Positions 18,327 to 27,118 of a stretch of DNA of 47,808 bases are shown here, in pieces; the first letter of the stretch is position 1, and every line of letters starts with the position of its first letter. This DNA comes from Candidatus Kapaibacterium sp. (lineage in GTDB: Bacteria > Patescibacteriota > Patescibacteriia > UBA9934), in NCBI GenBank assembly GCA_044350705.1, contig JBILHA010000001.1, positions 1 to 47,808 of the forward strand, in the 5' to 3' direction. The position numbers and the translations under genes were made by a program. The notes beneath the pieces are model-generated. The model was not told the origin of the DNA, did not search any database, and saw nothing but the letters and a program-made list of their open reading frames with translations.

Positions 18327-19464
18327 TCATGCAGCAACGACACGTATTGCACCTGAATCGCTTCAGGCCATGATTGCGTTTGAACAGGCGGGCAGAGGAA
18401 ATCCTTTTCGGGGGTTACATGCTGCTGCGGAGCGCGCTACCGAAGCATATGAACAATCTCGCGAGGTCGTTGCACGTTTTTTGGGAGCTCCTGCGGATCA
18501 TATCGTTTTTACCAAGGGGACGACTGAGGGTCTTAATATGCTTGCAAGAGGTTTGGCGGAAACCCTTCAAGAAGGAGATGAGATTATCCTTTCCCTTCTC
18601 GAGCACCATGCGCATTTACTTCCTTGGCGTGCTGTTGCAGAGCAGCGAAAATGCGTGCTGCGGTTTGTTCCTCTCACTCGTGAAGGAGAGTTTGACGTAG
18701 CTGCCTATCGAGCCATGCTTTCCCCTCGTACGAAGGTAGTGGCGGTTACCCATGTTTCCAATGTTTTAGGCACCGTTGTTCCGTTGGAGGAGATCGTTCA
18801 AGGGGCTCGAGAAATGGGTGCGTTTGTCTGTGTTGACGGCGCTCAGGCGGCGGGGCATATGCAGATTGATGTTGTTGCCTTCGGTGTTGATGCGTATGCG
18901 ATGAGCGCACACAAAATGTATGGTCCTCTGGGGATTGGAAGTTTGTACCTTTCCGCGCGTCTTCAGGAGGTACTGCAGCCATTTTTATTAGGAGGAGGCA
19001 TGATTGAAGAGGTACTTGATGACGGATGTCCGGTTTTTGCAGAAGGTGTTCGTAAGTATGAGGCAGGAACGCCAAATGTTACCGGTGCGGTAGGGTTTGC
19101 TGCTGCGTGTACCGTGCTTTCTCCTTCTTTACAGACAATCAAGCAAAAAGAGCAAATGCTCACGAAGATGCTTTGGGAAGGTTTGAGCTCTTTTGCGTCT
19201 GTTACTTTGTACGGTCCTCCGCCGGAGCGAGAGCGACGCGGAGTTATTGCTTTTGCGATAGAGGGGAGACATTCTCATGACGTTGCTCAGGAGTTGAGTC
19301 AGCGCGGCATCGCTCTCCGGGCGGGTTTTCACTGTGCGGCTCCTTTGGCGCGTTGCTTGAATCCTCAAGGGGTCCTTCGTGTGAGTATGGGGAAGGATAC
19401 TTCTGAGGAAGCGTGTAGGGTATTCTTATCTCTTCTTCAGGAAGTGATACGTGAGAACGTGTAA
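18310..19464 (+). CDS. sufS: Cysteine desulfurase (class V aminotransferase, SufS/NifS-type).
   Basis: YLDHAATT, the PLP-lysine motif SAHKMYGPLGIG and the catalytic RAGFHCAAP. Confidence 0.9.
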   Translation: MEIYLDHAATTRIAPESLQAMIAFEQAGRGNPFRGLHAAAERATEAYEQSREVVARFLGAPADHIVFTKGTTEGLNMLARGLAETLQEGDEIILSLLEHHAHLLPWRAVAEQRKCVLRFVPLTREGEFDVAAYRAMLSPRTKVVAVTHVSNVLGTVVPLEEIVQGAREMGAFVCVDGAQAAGHMQIDVVAFGVDAYAMSAHKMYGPLGIGSLYLSARLQEVLQPFLLGGGMIEEVLDDGCPVFAEGVRKYEAGTPNVTGAVGFAAACTVLSPSLQTIKQKEQMLTKMLWEGLSSFASVTLYGPPPERERRGVIAFAIEGRHSHDVAQELSQRGIALRAGFHCAAPLARCLNPQGVLRVSMGKDTSEEACRVFLSLLQEVIRENV

Positions 19465-19470
19465 AAATTA

Positions 19471-19851
19471 TTGGTATACCTTTTGAGCATCTTTATGCTT
19501 TCTCTTTTGCAAGATCATGCACAGTATCCTCGTTTTCGACGAGAGGTATTAGATTTTCCTTTTGTTGGTCATGCTGCAAATCCTTTTTGTGCTGATGCAG
19601 TTGATATTGGTATACGTATTGGGGAGGGAAAGCGGATAGCGGATGCGGGGTTTTCTGGTACCGGATGTGCGCTTTGTGTGGGTGCCTCATCGCTTTTGTG
19701 TGAATATATTCTTGGTAAATCGATTTCTGAACTTGCCCCTTTGCAAAAGGAGTATTTGCAAGGAGAAGAGATTGGACGGATGCGTGAAGGATGTGTCACA
19801 GTGTCGGCAGTTGCGCTTCAGCGCGCCATAGCTCTCTATGCTTCGTTGTAA
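19471..19851 (+). CDS. sufU: SufU/IscU-type Fe-S scaffold (NifU N-terminal-like).
   Basis: NPFCADAVDIGIRI...FSGTGCALCVGASSLLCEYILGK. An alternative start lies at 19495. Confidence 0.8.
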   Translation: MVYLLSIFMLSLLQDHAQYPRFRREVLDFPFVGHAANPFCADAVDIGIRIGEGKRIADAGFSGTGCALCVGASSLLCEYILGKSISELAPLQKEYLQGEEIGRMREGCVTVSAVALQRAIALYASL

Positions 19852-20485
19852 ATCTTTTTCTGGAAAACGTGGTGATCGTCTGATCTTTTCTGAGGTTTCT
19901 TTCTCTGTAGAGCCTGGAGAGCTTTTGTGTATTACGGGTCCAAATGGAGCAGGGAAGAGCACCCTTCTTCAAGCGATTGCAGGTTTCCCCGATATTGCCA
20001 CTACGGGGGAGGTTTTTGACGCGCATGGATCTTTAGCGGGGCTTTCGCTTGAAGAGCGTTTTCGTCGTGGCATGATGTTGACGTTTCAGGAGCCTCCTGC
20101 GCTGCCTGGAGTTTCTTTTCTGACGGTAGCTCGTGAAATGCTTACCGCCCAGACGGGAACACGTCCTGACATCGCTTCTTTATATCGTCTTATCCGAGAA
20201 GTATTTCATCGGCTCCATATTTCAGAGGACTTCATCGAGCGTTCACTTTTTGATGGCTTCTCTGGGGGAGAGAAGAAGCGGGCCGAGCTTGCGCTGCTTC
20301 TTCTTGCACGACCTCGTATTGCGCTTATTGATGAAATTGATGCCGGGCTTGATGCTGAAGGGAGGCTTCTTGTACAGGAGGTGTTTGGTGAGTTCTTAGC
20401 GCAGGGAGCTACGATTCTTTGCGTTACTCACAGTGTAGATTTTCTTGAGCATTTTCCGAAGAAAAAAAGTTTTTCGATTTCATGA
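19838..20485 (+). CDS. sufC: Fe-S cluster assembly ATPase SufC.
   Basis: Walker A GPNGAGKSTLL, signature FSGGEKKR and Walker B ALIDEIDAGLD. It overlaps the sufU end by 14 nt. Confidence 0.9.
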   Translation: MLRCKSFSGKRGDRLIFSEVSFSVEPGELLCITGPNGAGKSTLLQAIAGFPDIATTGEVFDAHGSLAGLSLEERFRRGMMLTFQEPPALPGVSFLTVAREMLTAQTGTRPDIASLYRLIREVFHRLHISEDFIERSLFDGFSGGEKKRAELALLLLARPRIALIDEIDAGLDAEGRLLVQEVFGEFLAQGATILCVTHSVDFLEHFPKKKSFSIS

Positions 20486-20546
20486 TTGTCAGTTTTTAAT
20501 AAGGAGAGATTCTTGAAGACGGGTGATTTTTGAGGGAAATCTGGTT

Positions 20547-20575
20547 TTGCACTCTCTAGGTGAGTCTGCTAATAT
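20547..20575 (+). promoter_or_regulatory. Candidate clpP promoter with an extended -10, ending 8 nt before the ATG.
   Basis: TTGCAC (20547-20552), N17 ending in TGC, TAATAT (20570-20575); ATG at 20584 with no SD. Confidence 0.5.
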
Positions 20576-20583
20576 AGGTATAT

Positions 20584-21189
20584 ATGTCATATCTCATTCC
20601 TACGGTCATTGAAAAAACTTCATACGGTGAACGTGCGTATGATATTTACTCCCGTCTTTTAAAAGATCGCATTATTTTTTTAGGAAGTGCGATTGATGAT
20701 GGCGTGGCAAATGCGGTGATTGCCCAGCTCCTTTTTCTTGAAAGCCAAGATAAAGAGCGTGATATTAAGTTGTACATTAATTCTCCGGGAGGTTCCGTGA
20801 CCGCAGGATTAGCAATTTATGACACCATGCAGCATATTCAGCCTGATGTCTCTACCATCTGTGTGGGTATGGCAGCTTCCATGGGTGCGGTACTTCTTGC
20901 TGCAGGAACTGAAGGAAAGCGTTTTGCTCTTCCGAATTCGGAAATCATGATCCATCAGGTTTTGGGAAGTGGTATCTCGGGTCAGGCAACGGATATTAAT
21001 ATCCATGCTCGACGCATTATGCAGATGAAGGATAGTCTTAATACTATTTTAGCTGAGCATACCCATCAGCCTTTTGCTAAGGTAGCTGAGGATACTGAGC
21101 GCGATCGATTCATGACCGCTAAGGAGGCCCAAAAATACGGATTGGTTGACAAGGTTATTAAGAAGGGAGAAGAGAAGCTTCAGAAGTAG
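20584..21189 (+). CDS. clpP: ATP-dependent Clp protease proteolytic subunit.
   Basis: [27 protein letters not shown], catalytic GMAASMG and IMIHQ. Confidence 0.97.
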   Translation: MSYLIPTVIEKTSYGERAYDIYSRLLKDRIIFLGSAIDDGVANAVIAQLLFLESQDKERDIKLYINSPGGSVTAGLAIYDTMQHIQPDVSTICVGMAASMGAVLLAAGTEGKRFALPNSEIMIHQVLGSGISGQATDINIHARRIMQMKDSLNTILAEHTHQPFAKVAEDTERDRFMTAKEAQKYGLVDKVIKKGEEKLQK

Positions 21190-21222
21190 AAAAAGTGCTC
21201 TTTTTTCAGGGTTACTGCACTG

Positions 21223-21252
21223 TTGACGCCCCCCTCCTTTCTTTGGTATTAT
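21223..21252 (+). promoter_or_regulatory. Candidate promoter in the clpP/vanW convergent spacer.
   Basis: TTGACG (21223-21228), N18 ending in TGG, TATTAT (21247-21252). Confidence 0.4.
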
Positions 21253-21257
21253 TCATT

Positions 21258-21418
21258 GTCACGGATGGCTTTTTAGCCTTTTCCTGGGCGTTTTTTGGAG
21301 GGAACTGCGGTCACGACAAGCATGGGGATACATAATCACCCGTGCTCACTGGATCCGTCTGGTGTGTTACAGGAGATGTATCTTCTTGACCGCAGCTCCC
21401 TCTGAAAAACGTTTTTTA
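21258..21418 (+). ncRNA. Candidate structured small RNA of unknown family. Alternatively it is an elaborate clpP 3' UTR and terminator.
   Basis: A long closing helix pairs 21289-21313 with 21387-21411 (about 24 paired positions) and encloses two hairpins (21320-21345 and 21347-21364). A loop-to-3' complementarity pairs 21326-21333 with 21376-21383. A T-run follows at 21412-21417. Confidence 0.35.
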
Positions 21419-21627
21419 TTTCGGTGCTTTTTTGCCCTCATCGGTCCGGTTGCCTCGTCGTACCGGTAAGTACGCCTCGGCAATCCTCCCTCTTCGGAGC
21501 AAAAAATCCCTCGAAATAAAAAACGTTTTTTCGCTTCTTATTTTCATTTCTCTGTTATTTTTTATCTATACTGATCCAAGTGGCGTCGCGTGCCGAAACT
21601 CGTTGAAAATAAAAAAATCTTTTGAAA

Positions 21628-21661
21628 GAAAAGAATTCTCATTTGTTTGAGAGTTCTTTTC
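21628..21661. terminator. Hairpin terminator after the VanW-like gene; it could act in both directions.
   Basis: GAAAAGAATTCTC-atttgttt-GAGAGTTCTTTTC with flanking T and A runs. Confidence 0.6.
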
Positions 21662-21665
21662 TTTT

Positions 21666-23594
21666 TTATTCAATAACTGGTTCTGCGGGTACGTCTGTTG
21701 TTGTTTCATTTTCCGAGACACTGTCACTGGATGCGACGCCGACGAGACAAATTTGAGGAAGTGAGCGGTAGCTTGAATTGAAGGTTTCGGTTGTTGTGGT
21801 TCCATCTGCCCAGAGAATGTTGTAATCGAATGTGGTGGTAGCTCCCTGATATGCATTTTGGCAACGTCTTACGCCGGGGGCGAGGGAAGTGGTTTCTTTT
21901 ATAATTGTTGCTCCATATCCGGTCCAGCTGAGTACTTCTGGCGGAGTGTAGGATCCTTTGCGCCCATCTGATGTTCCCCAGAAAGAGAAGAAGAGTTCTC
22001 CGGTATCTTCTTTTACTTCTGTAACGAGCATGACGTAGTGTTGAGTATCGTTTTTAATTTTTAGGTCAGGTGAAGGGTCGTAGAGGGTCGCGTCTGTTCC
22101 CGGGAGACCATTTGATGGATCATTATAGTAGGAAACTACGAGAGAGTGGTTTCTGCGCTCAGCGATGTGAAGGCCTGAATTCATTGCTGCACGAAATGTA
22201 GTGGTTCCAATTTGGCAGAGTCCACCGCCAACTTCTGGAATAATCTCATCTCCTTTAATGACGAGCTCAGGGAGATATCCGTCTGATACCGTAAAAGGTT
22301 TTAGTTTTTCAACTAATGAGAGCGTTTCTCCGGGAGGAATGAGGAGGCCATTCAATTTTTCGGCTCCATGACGAATATTTGCGCGACGGTTGGAGGGGGA
22401 TCCTGCGAAGCTGGAATATCCCGTTCCAAGTATTTCTTTTATGCCATAGGTGTTAATGCTTTCGATGGGTATCTCGGGCGCTTTGCGGACCACGGCGATC
22501 GTAACGGGTTCTGTGCTTGTGTCTTCTTTTGCGAATGCTTTGCGCAGGTCTGTAAAAAGCTGATCGTCATTAACGACAAGTCCGTCGCGGCTTGGAACGA
22601 ACTCTGTAACGCGCTCACCTTCTACCGTGAATTTTGCATCTTGGGGGGCAATATCAATATCCGTATGGATTTCCGTGAGAAAGGCGGTCATCGCCTCTGC
22701 CTCCAGAGAGAGTGTAGGTTGTCCCTGTTCATTTTTTTCAGGTTTCAGCCAGATTGCGAGGTTTTTATTTGTTATTTCGTATGAAAAGCTCTCCCCCTGA
22801 TCGTTCGAGAAGGTAAGCGTGTAAGGAGCTTTTTCCACGGCGGTAACTGCCTCTGGGATAAGGTCTTTTGCTTCTTCTGCAGAAATCAACGAAGAGCGTT
22901 CGATAAGTTGAAGATTCAGTGTTTGCAGGGAGAGATCCTGAGCGTCTTTTTTGAGTGTCTCAAAGGCGCTTTGTATATCAATCGTTGATCCGATGACTGC
23001 ATCAACGACTTCAACTTGGGCTTTTCCTTCTTCGGAAATGCTGATGACAAAATCGGTAGGAGTGCCGGGGGATTCTGCTTCAGGGTATGCTTCTCGAATA
23101 GCGTCTGCGATTCTTGTTTCAGAGAAGGTGATTTCTGGTTTTATGTCTGTTTTTCCAAATGTTGCAAACCAAAGAGGTGTGAAATACTTTTGCATGTCAT
23201 TTCCTGAGCGACCAAGCGCGTAGGCGTTGCTTACGAGTTTTCCTACATCTACTTCCGCTAGTTCGTACACGAGATCTGGATCGCTTGCTCCACGGGGCAT
23301 GAGTGCTACGGTTTCGGTTTTTCCGTAGAGAGAAGTTGTGATTCCGGTATCGAGAAAATTATTCACTGCACGTTGAATTTTTTCCGTTGCTTCAGTGACG
23401 GTCATTCCTCCTACGTCAATGCCGGCAATAGATATTCCACCATAAATACGGTCAGCGTAGGCTCTTTGGGCTACTGCTGCGCTTGCCCCAAGCATTCCTG
23501 CAATGACGAGAGTGATCACGAGCGTTATGACAACACCGCGAGGTATTTTTTGCGAGGAATTTTGTTTTTCGGCCTTTTGCTGTTCCTTTTCCAT
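21666..23594 (-). CDS. VanW-family protein with an N-terminal membrane anchor.
   Basis: TM segment VVITLVITLVIAGMLGASAAV. VanW core GETLSLVEKLKPFTVSDGY...GGGLCQIGTTTFRAAMNSGLHIAERRNHS. Confidence 0.85.
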   Translation of the reverse strand: MEKEQQKAEKQNSSQKIPRGVVITLVITLVIAGMLGASAAVAQRAYADRIYGGISIAGIDVGGMTVTEATEKIQRAVNNFLDTGITTSLYGKTETVALMPRGASDPDLVYELAEVDVGKLVSNAYALGRSGNDMQKYFTPLWFATFGKTDIKPEITFSETRIADAIREAYPEAESPGTPTDFVISISEEGKAQVEVVDAVIGSTIDIQSAFETLKKDAQDLSLQTLNLQLIERSSLISAEEAKDLIPEAVTAVEKAPYTLTFSNDQGESFSYEITNKNLAIWLKPEKNEQGQPTLSLEAEAMTAFLTEIHTDIDIAPQDAKFTVEGERVTEFVPSRDGLVVNDDQLFTDLRKAFAKEDTSTEPVTIAVVRKAPEIPIESINTYGIKEILGTGYSSFAGSPSNRRANIRHGAEKLNGLLIPPGETLSLVEKLKPFTVSDGYLPELVIKGDEIIPEVGGGLCQIGTTTFRAAMNSGLHIAERRNHSLVVSYYNDPSNGLPGTDATLYDPSPDLKIKNDTQHYVMLVTEVKEDTGELFFSFWGTSDGRKGSYTPPEVLSWTGYGATIIKETTSLAPGVRRCQNAYQGATTTFDYNILWADGTTTTETFNSSYRSLPQICLVGVASSDSVSENETTTDVPAEPVIE

Positions 23595-23597
23595 ACA

Positions 23598-23990
23598 TTA
23601 CATTCCTTTTGCTACGGTGAGTTTTACCCGTTCTCGGGCCTTTGGGGCTTGAATGGTGAGGATGCCGTTTTTGAGTGCCGCTTCGGTTTCGTCGGTTTTA
23701 ATGCGGCAGGGGAGGATAATCGCTCGAGAAAAGGATCCCCAGAAGCATTCGCTGTAGTGCATCGTAGCCTGTGCGGGAAGATTTTCTCCGTGACGTGTGC
23801 CTCGAATAGAAATCATATCGTCGGTGATATGAATATCTAATTCTTTTTCGGTTATTCCCGCAATGGCAGCGCGGACAATGATCTCTGTAGGCGTTTCTGC
23901 AACGTCTACTGCGAGCTGTCCTTCCTTATGGATGCTCCAGGGATACTCTGCCTCTTGATGAAGCAGGGGAGATGATTGCGCGAATGCCAT
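23598..23990 (-). CDS. Hsp20/alpha-crystallin small heat-shock protein.
   Basis: Alpha-crystallin domain LAVDVAETPTEIIVRAAIAGI...FSRAIILP...AALKNGILTIQAPK. It lies 3 nt upstream of the vanW-like gene. Confidence 0.88.
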   Translation of the reverse strand: MAFAQSSPLLHQEAEYPWSIHKEGQLAVDVAETPTEIIVRAAIAGITEKELDIHITDDMISIRGTRHGENLPAQATMHYSECFWGSFSRAIILPCRIKTDETEAALKNGILTIQAPKARERVKLTVAKGM

Positions 23991-24054
23991 AGTTCGTTTT
24001 TATTTTACGTGAATTTTTCTTCTTCCACGAGAGAGGGTGGGGACGGACTGCTAT

Positions 24055-24083
24055 TTGCTTTTTTAGCGCATTTCTGCTAGTAT
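24055..24083 (+). promoter_or_regulatory. Candidate promoter for the RRM protein gene.
   Basis: TTGCTT (24055-24060), N17 ending in TGC, TAGTAT (24078-24083); about 80-nt 5' UTR. Confidence 0.45.
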
Positions 24084-24169
24084 ACAGGTACTAATCATCC
24101 GCAGGCTACGTTCGAGACCGTGACATTGTGCCGGTGCAGAGGCAAGCGACGGAGAAGTAATGCAAAATT

Positions 24170-24427
24170 ATGCCAGAGAATACACGCGTTTTCGTTGGTG
24201 GCCTTCCATACGCCATGACTGAAGACGATGTAAAGGCTTTCTTTGCGCCAGCCGGTAATGTGGTTTCCGTCTTCCTTCCTATCGAGAAGGAGACTGGCCG
24301 CAAGCGCGGTTTCGGCTTCGTAGAACTTTCTACGGTCGAAGAGCAGGAAAACGCTGTCAAGATGTTTGACGGTGCAGACTGCGGTGGTCGCAAGATCAGC
24401 GTCTCCCAAGCTCGCCCACGCGAGTAA
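24170..24427 (+). CDS. RRM (RNP-type) RNA-binding protein.
   Basis: RNP-2 VFVGGL and RNP-1 RGFGFVEL; 85 aa. Confidence 0.9.
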   Translation: MPENTRVFVGGLPYAMTEDDVKAFFAPAGNVVSVFLPIEKETGRKRGFGFVELSTVEEQENAVKMFDGADCGGRKISVSQARPRE

Positions 24428-24433
24428 TAAAAG

Positions 24434-24468
24434 ATCCCCGAGTATTTTACTCCGGGGATTTTTTATTT
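24434..24468 (+). terminator. Intrinsic terminator after the RRM gene.
   Basis: ATCCCCG-N12-CGGGGAT, followed by TTTTTTATTTT. Confidence 0.6.
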
Positions 24469-24469
24469 T

Positions 24470-25879
24470 ATGAGCGTACGGAGTGTATACTTTCTTCATA
24501 TGTGGGGACTGCCGTGGAGAGTCATTATTGGTTCGAGTGTTCTCTTTGCTATTGCGGTTCTTTTCCTTTTATTTGTCGTTCAGCGCTTGGTAGGTCAAGA
24601 GGTTCCTGTTTGGACTCAGGCACTTACCGGAACAGCGCATCGTGAAGGTGCGGGTGGGGTCGTCTACACGCTGCTTTCTGTAGAGGAGGTGGGGAATGTT
24701 GCGGTGCGCATTCGTCTGCCTCCTGAACCGCGTTATGACACGGGCGCTCCTTTAGTGGTGTACATTCCTTCTTTCTTTACTCCTGATCAGAAGGCTTTTC
24801 AGGAGCTTCAGGGACTTTCTGATTTCGGATTTGCTCAGGTTTCTGTGCTTTTGCCGGGTCGTAAAGATCGGGAAACTGATTTGGGGAGCGATGGAGAAGC
24901 TGATTATGGGGGAGTCAACTCTGCCGCTACTCTTCGTGAAGTTTTTCTTTATGTTTCAGGGCAAAAAACTGATGTTGATGGAAGATATATTCAGGATCGT
25001 ACTACGGTAGATCTTGATACTGACATTGTAGGCGCCTATGCGTTTTCACATCCAGGCATTTTGCTCTTTCAGACGATTGCGCAGTTCGGAGATCGTTTTT
25101 CGTTAGACTTTGTTGTTTCAAGAGAGAGTCCTACCGAGCCTCTTCTTTCTTCCCTCGAGCTCGGTCACTATCTTCGCGGAAAGGTGATTTTGAATACTCA
25201 GTATGTCCCCGCGGTGCACTATCGTGATAATGGCATTCTTCTTTCGTATGAAGATATTGCATGGGATGCACAGGATGACCGGCCGTATTTTGATGTAAAT
25301 AAGGATGGCGTTGCGCGTTCGGATGATGACATTCTTTTTGGTCCTCAAGTTCCAGGAATGTTTGGAAAGAAAGTGTATTCTCCGGAGCTCCTTGAGGCTC
25401 TTCGAGAGAATGAGCTTTTTACTGCAGCGCAGTGGCCGGAAGATCTCGCGACCCCTGAAGAGGCTCATCTGTGGTGGCAGGGAAGGGAATCGCTGAGCGT
25501 TCTTGGCGACATAGCGCAAGTGTTGCCTGATTTGCCGGTTATGCTTGTTTTTTCTGCGCGTGATCATGTGCAGCCGAGCGCTGATAAGCCGCATATTCGT
25601 CAGGCGTATGCAGGATTAACCGGAGGGGGTACGTGGGTTAGATTGAATCCGGATTCTGTTTATGTGGCTTTATTTGATGAGCTTCTTGCGAAATCATATG
25701 CGGAACATTCGGCAAGTACGGGTCCAACCTCTTGGATTGAAGAGGTTGAGGCATGGGGACATCCTGTTGGCGCCAATGCATCGAGGGTTATTCCTTTTGC
25801 AGCACTTATGGAGATGGCGGATCGTGTAAAGTATGATGAGTGGAGTGGCGATCTCTCTCGCGTTCTCTCTTCTCCTTAA
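24470..25879 (+). CDS. Hypothetical membrane-anchored protein (469 aa; alternative start at 24500).
   Basis: N-terminal TM WRVIIGSSVLFAIAVLFLLFVV followed by a large soluble domain. No confident motif. Confidence 0.55.
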   Translation: MSVRSVYFLHMWGLPWRVIIGSSVLFAIAVLFLLFVVQRLVGQEVPVWTQALTGTAHREGAGGVVYTLLSVEEVGNVAVRIRLPPEPRYDTGAPLVVYIPSFFTPDQKAFQELQGLSDFGFAQVSVLLPGRKDRETDLGSDGEADYGGVNSAATLREVFLYVSGQKTDVDGRYIQDRTTVDLDTDIVGAYAFSHPGILLFQTIAQFGDRFSLDFVVSRESPTEPLLSSLELGHYLRGKVILNTQYVPAVHYRDNGILLSYEDIAWDAQDDRPYFDVNKDGVARSDDDILFGPQVPGMFGKKVYSPELLEALRENELFTAAQWPEDLATPEEAHLWWQGRESLSVLGDIAQVLPDLPVMLVFSARDHVQPSADKPHIRQAYAGLTGGGTWVRLNPDSVYVALFDELLAKSYAEHSASTGPTSWIEEVEAWGHPVGANASRVIPFAALMEMADRVKYDEWSGDLSRVLSSP

Positions 25880-25882
25880 GAT

Positions 25883-26950
25883 TTGTTATGCTCTTTTTAT
25901 ATGGCCAACTCATCCCATACTTTTTCTAAAGATCTTCTTGCTCGCTGGTTCTTTTTGCTTCTTGCGGGCGTTGTTCTGTATCTTTTTTATCGTCTCGTGG
26001 AACCATTTTTGCTTACCGTTCTTACTGCGGCGATGATTGCCATTCTTGTTACTCCTCTTGAAAAGTGGTTGCGTGTTCGTTTGCACAGTCGTCGCATTTC
26101 TACCGTTATCGTTCTTTTGGGCGTATTTCTGCTTTTGGTAGGCCCACTCACTGCGGCGGGTGTTTTGCTCGTCCGTCAGGGAAGTGAGCTTGTGCAGTGG
26201 GTTTTGGAAAATCCTGAGCATATTCAAGAGATTGCTCGGGGAACCCATCCTTTTTTCTCTTTTCTTCCCGTGCAGGTCCGTGAGCTTTTTACTTCTTTTG
26301 ATCTTACTTCTTTGGCACAAACGGCTTCGGATTGGGCACGGACGCATGGTGCGCGTCTTTTTTCTTCAGGAGCTGAACTCGTGTTTAAGACGTTTATTTT
26401 CTTTATTTGCTTGTATTTCTTTTTGTCTGAGCGAGAACAGATTCTTAAAGAGGCAATGGCGCTTAGTCCGCTTAAAGATTCGCTCGATAAGAATATTACG
26501 AAGCGTATTGTTGACACGGTGCGCGGAGTAGTATTCGGTTCTCTCATTATCGCTGCCATACAAAGTATTTTAGCGGCAATTGGATTTACGATTTTCGGTG
26601 TACCGGGAGCATTTATTTGGGCGGCGTGTGTGCTTATCGCTGCACAGGTTCCTATGCTTGGAACGTCGGTGATTATGATTCCGGCAGTTCTTTATCTTTT
26701 TATTACTGGCGAAACGGGATCGGCGATTGGTCTTGCTCTATGGGCGGGGGTTGCTGTTGGTCTTGTCGATAATCTTCTCCAGCCATTTATTGTAGGAGGA
26801 AGAACGCATATGCATGCACTCCTTATTCTTCTTTCCATTTTGGGGGGATTGGAATTTTTTGGACCGATTGGATTTATTCTTGGGCCAACTATTCTTGCCG
26901 CTCTTCTTGTTATTTTAGAAATGTATAAGGGAGGCTATTTAGAGCGGTAG
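25883..26950 (+). CDS. AI-2E family transporter (PerM/UPF0118-like permease).
   Basis: Polytopic protein with the pattern typical of the family (LVEPFLLTVLTAAMIAILVTPL...; C-terminal GGLEFFGPIGFILGP). An alternative start lies at 25901. Confidence 0.7.
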   Translation: MLCSFYMANSSHTFSKDLLARWFFLLLAGVVLYLFYRLVEPFLLTVLTAAMIAILVTPLEKWLRVRLHSRRISTVIVLLGVFLLLVGPLTAAGVLLVRQGSELVQWVLENPEHIQEIARGTHPFFSFLPVQVRELFTSFDLTSLAQTASDWARTHGARLFSSGAELVFKTFIFFICLYFFLSEREQILKEAMALSPLKDSLDKNITKRIVDTVRGVVFGSLIIAAIQSILAAIGFTIFGVPGAFIWAACVLIAAQVPMLGTSVIMIPAVLYLFITGETGSAIGLALWAGVAVGLVDNLLQPFIVGGRTHMHALLILLSILGGLEFFGPIGFILGPTILAALLVILEMYKGGYLER

Positions 26951-27076
26951 CTTTGAAAAAGCATGGGGTTCCTGTGCCGTCTTCCTTTTAAATTTCAAAT
27001 CATTTGTTACATTTGCTCAGGTTATTCGTGATCCTTCTTATTCGTAGGCTTTTTCTGATGTGATGGTAGAGTACTC

Positions 27077-27105
27077 TTGCCTCATTTTGTGAGATCTGGT
27101 ATCTT
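27077..27105 (+). promoter_or_regulatory. Candidate promoter of the tRNA-Glu transcription unit.
   Basis: TTGCCT (27077-27082), N17 ending in TGG, TATCTT (27100-27105). Confidence 0.4.
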
Positions 27106-27118
27106 GGTGCCCGCAAGG

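Noticed and set aside
20546-20572. CIRCE-like element TTTGCACTC-N9-GTCTGCTAA upstream of clpP (15 of 18 matches to TTAGCACTC-N9-GAGTGCTAA).
   Set aside because: The two halves are only 6 of 9 self-complementary. The same TTTGC-N14-TCTGCTA spacing occurs at the RRM-gene promoter (24054-24079). It is therefore better explained as a -35 box plus an extended -10 (TGC-TA.TAT) than as an HrcA operator.
21258-21531. Assignment of the spacer RNA candidate to SRP RNA, RNase P RNA, tmRNA or 6S RNA.
   Set aside because: I found no GGAA-tetraloop/AGCA domain-IV motif, no GGAAAGUCCGGG P4 sequence, and no tRNA-like end or tag ORF. 6S RNA has no sequence hallmark I can test by eye. I left it as unknown.
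21432-21650. 72-aa ORF in the clpP/vanW spacer.
   Set aside because: It has a TTG start, no SD, a low-complexity translation, and it crosses hairpins and a terminator. The region looks non-coding.
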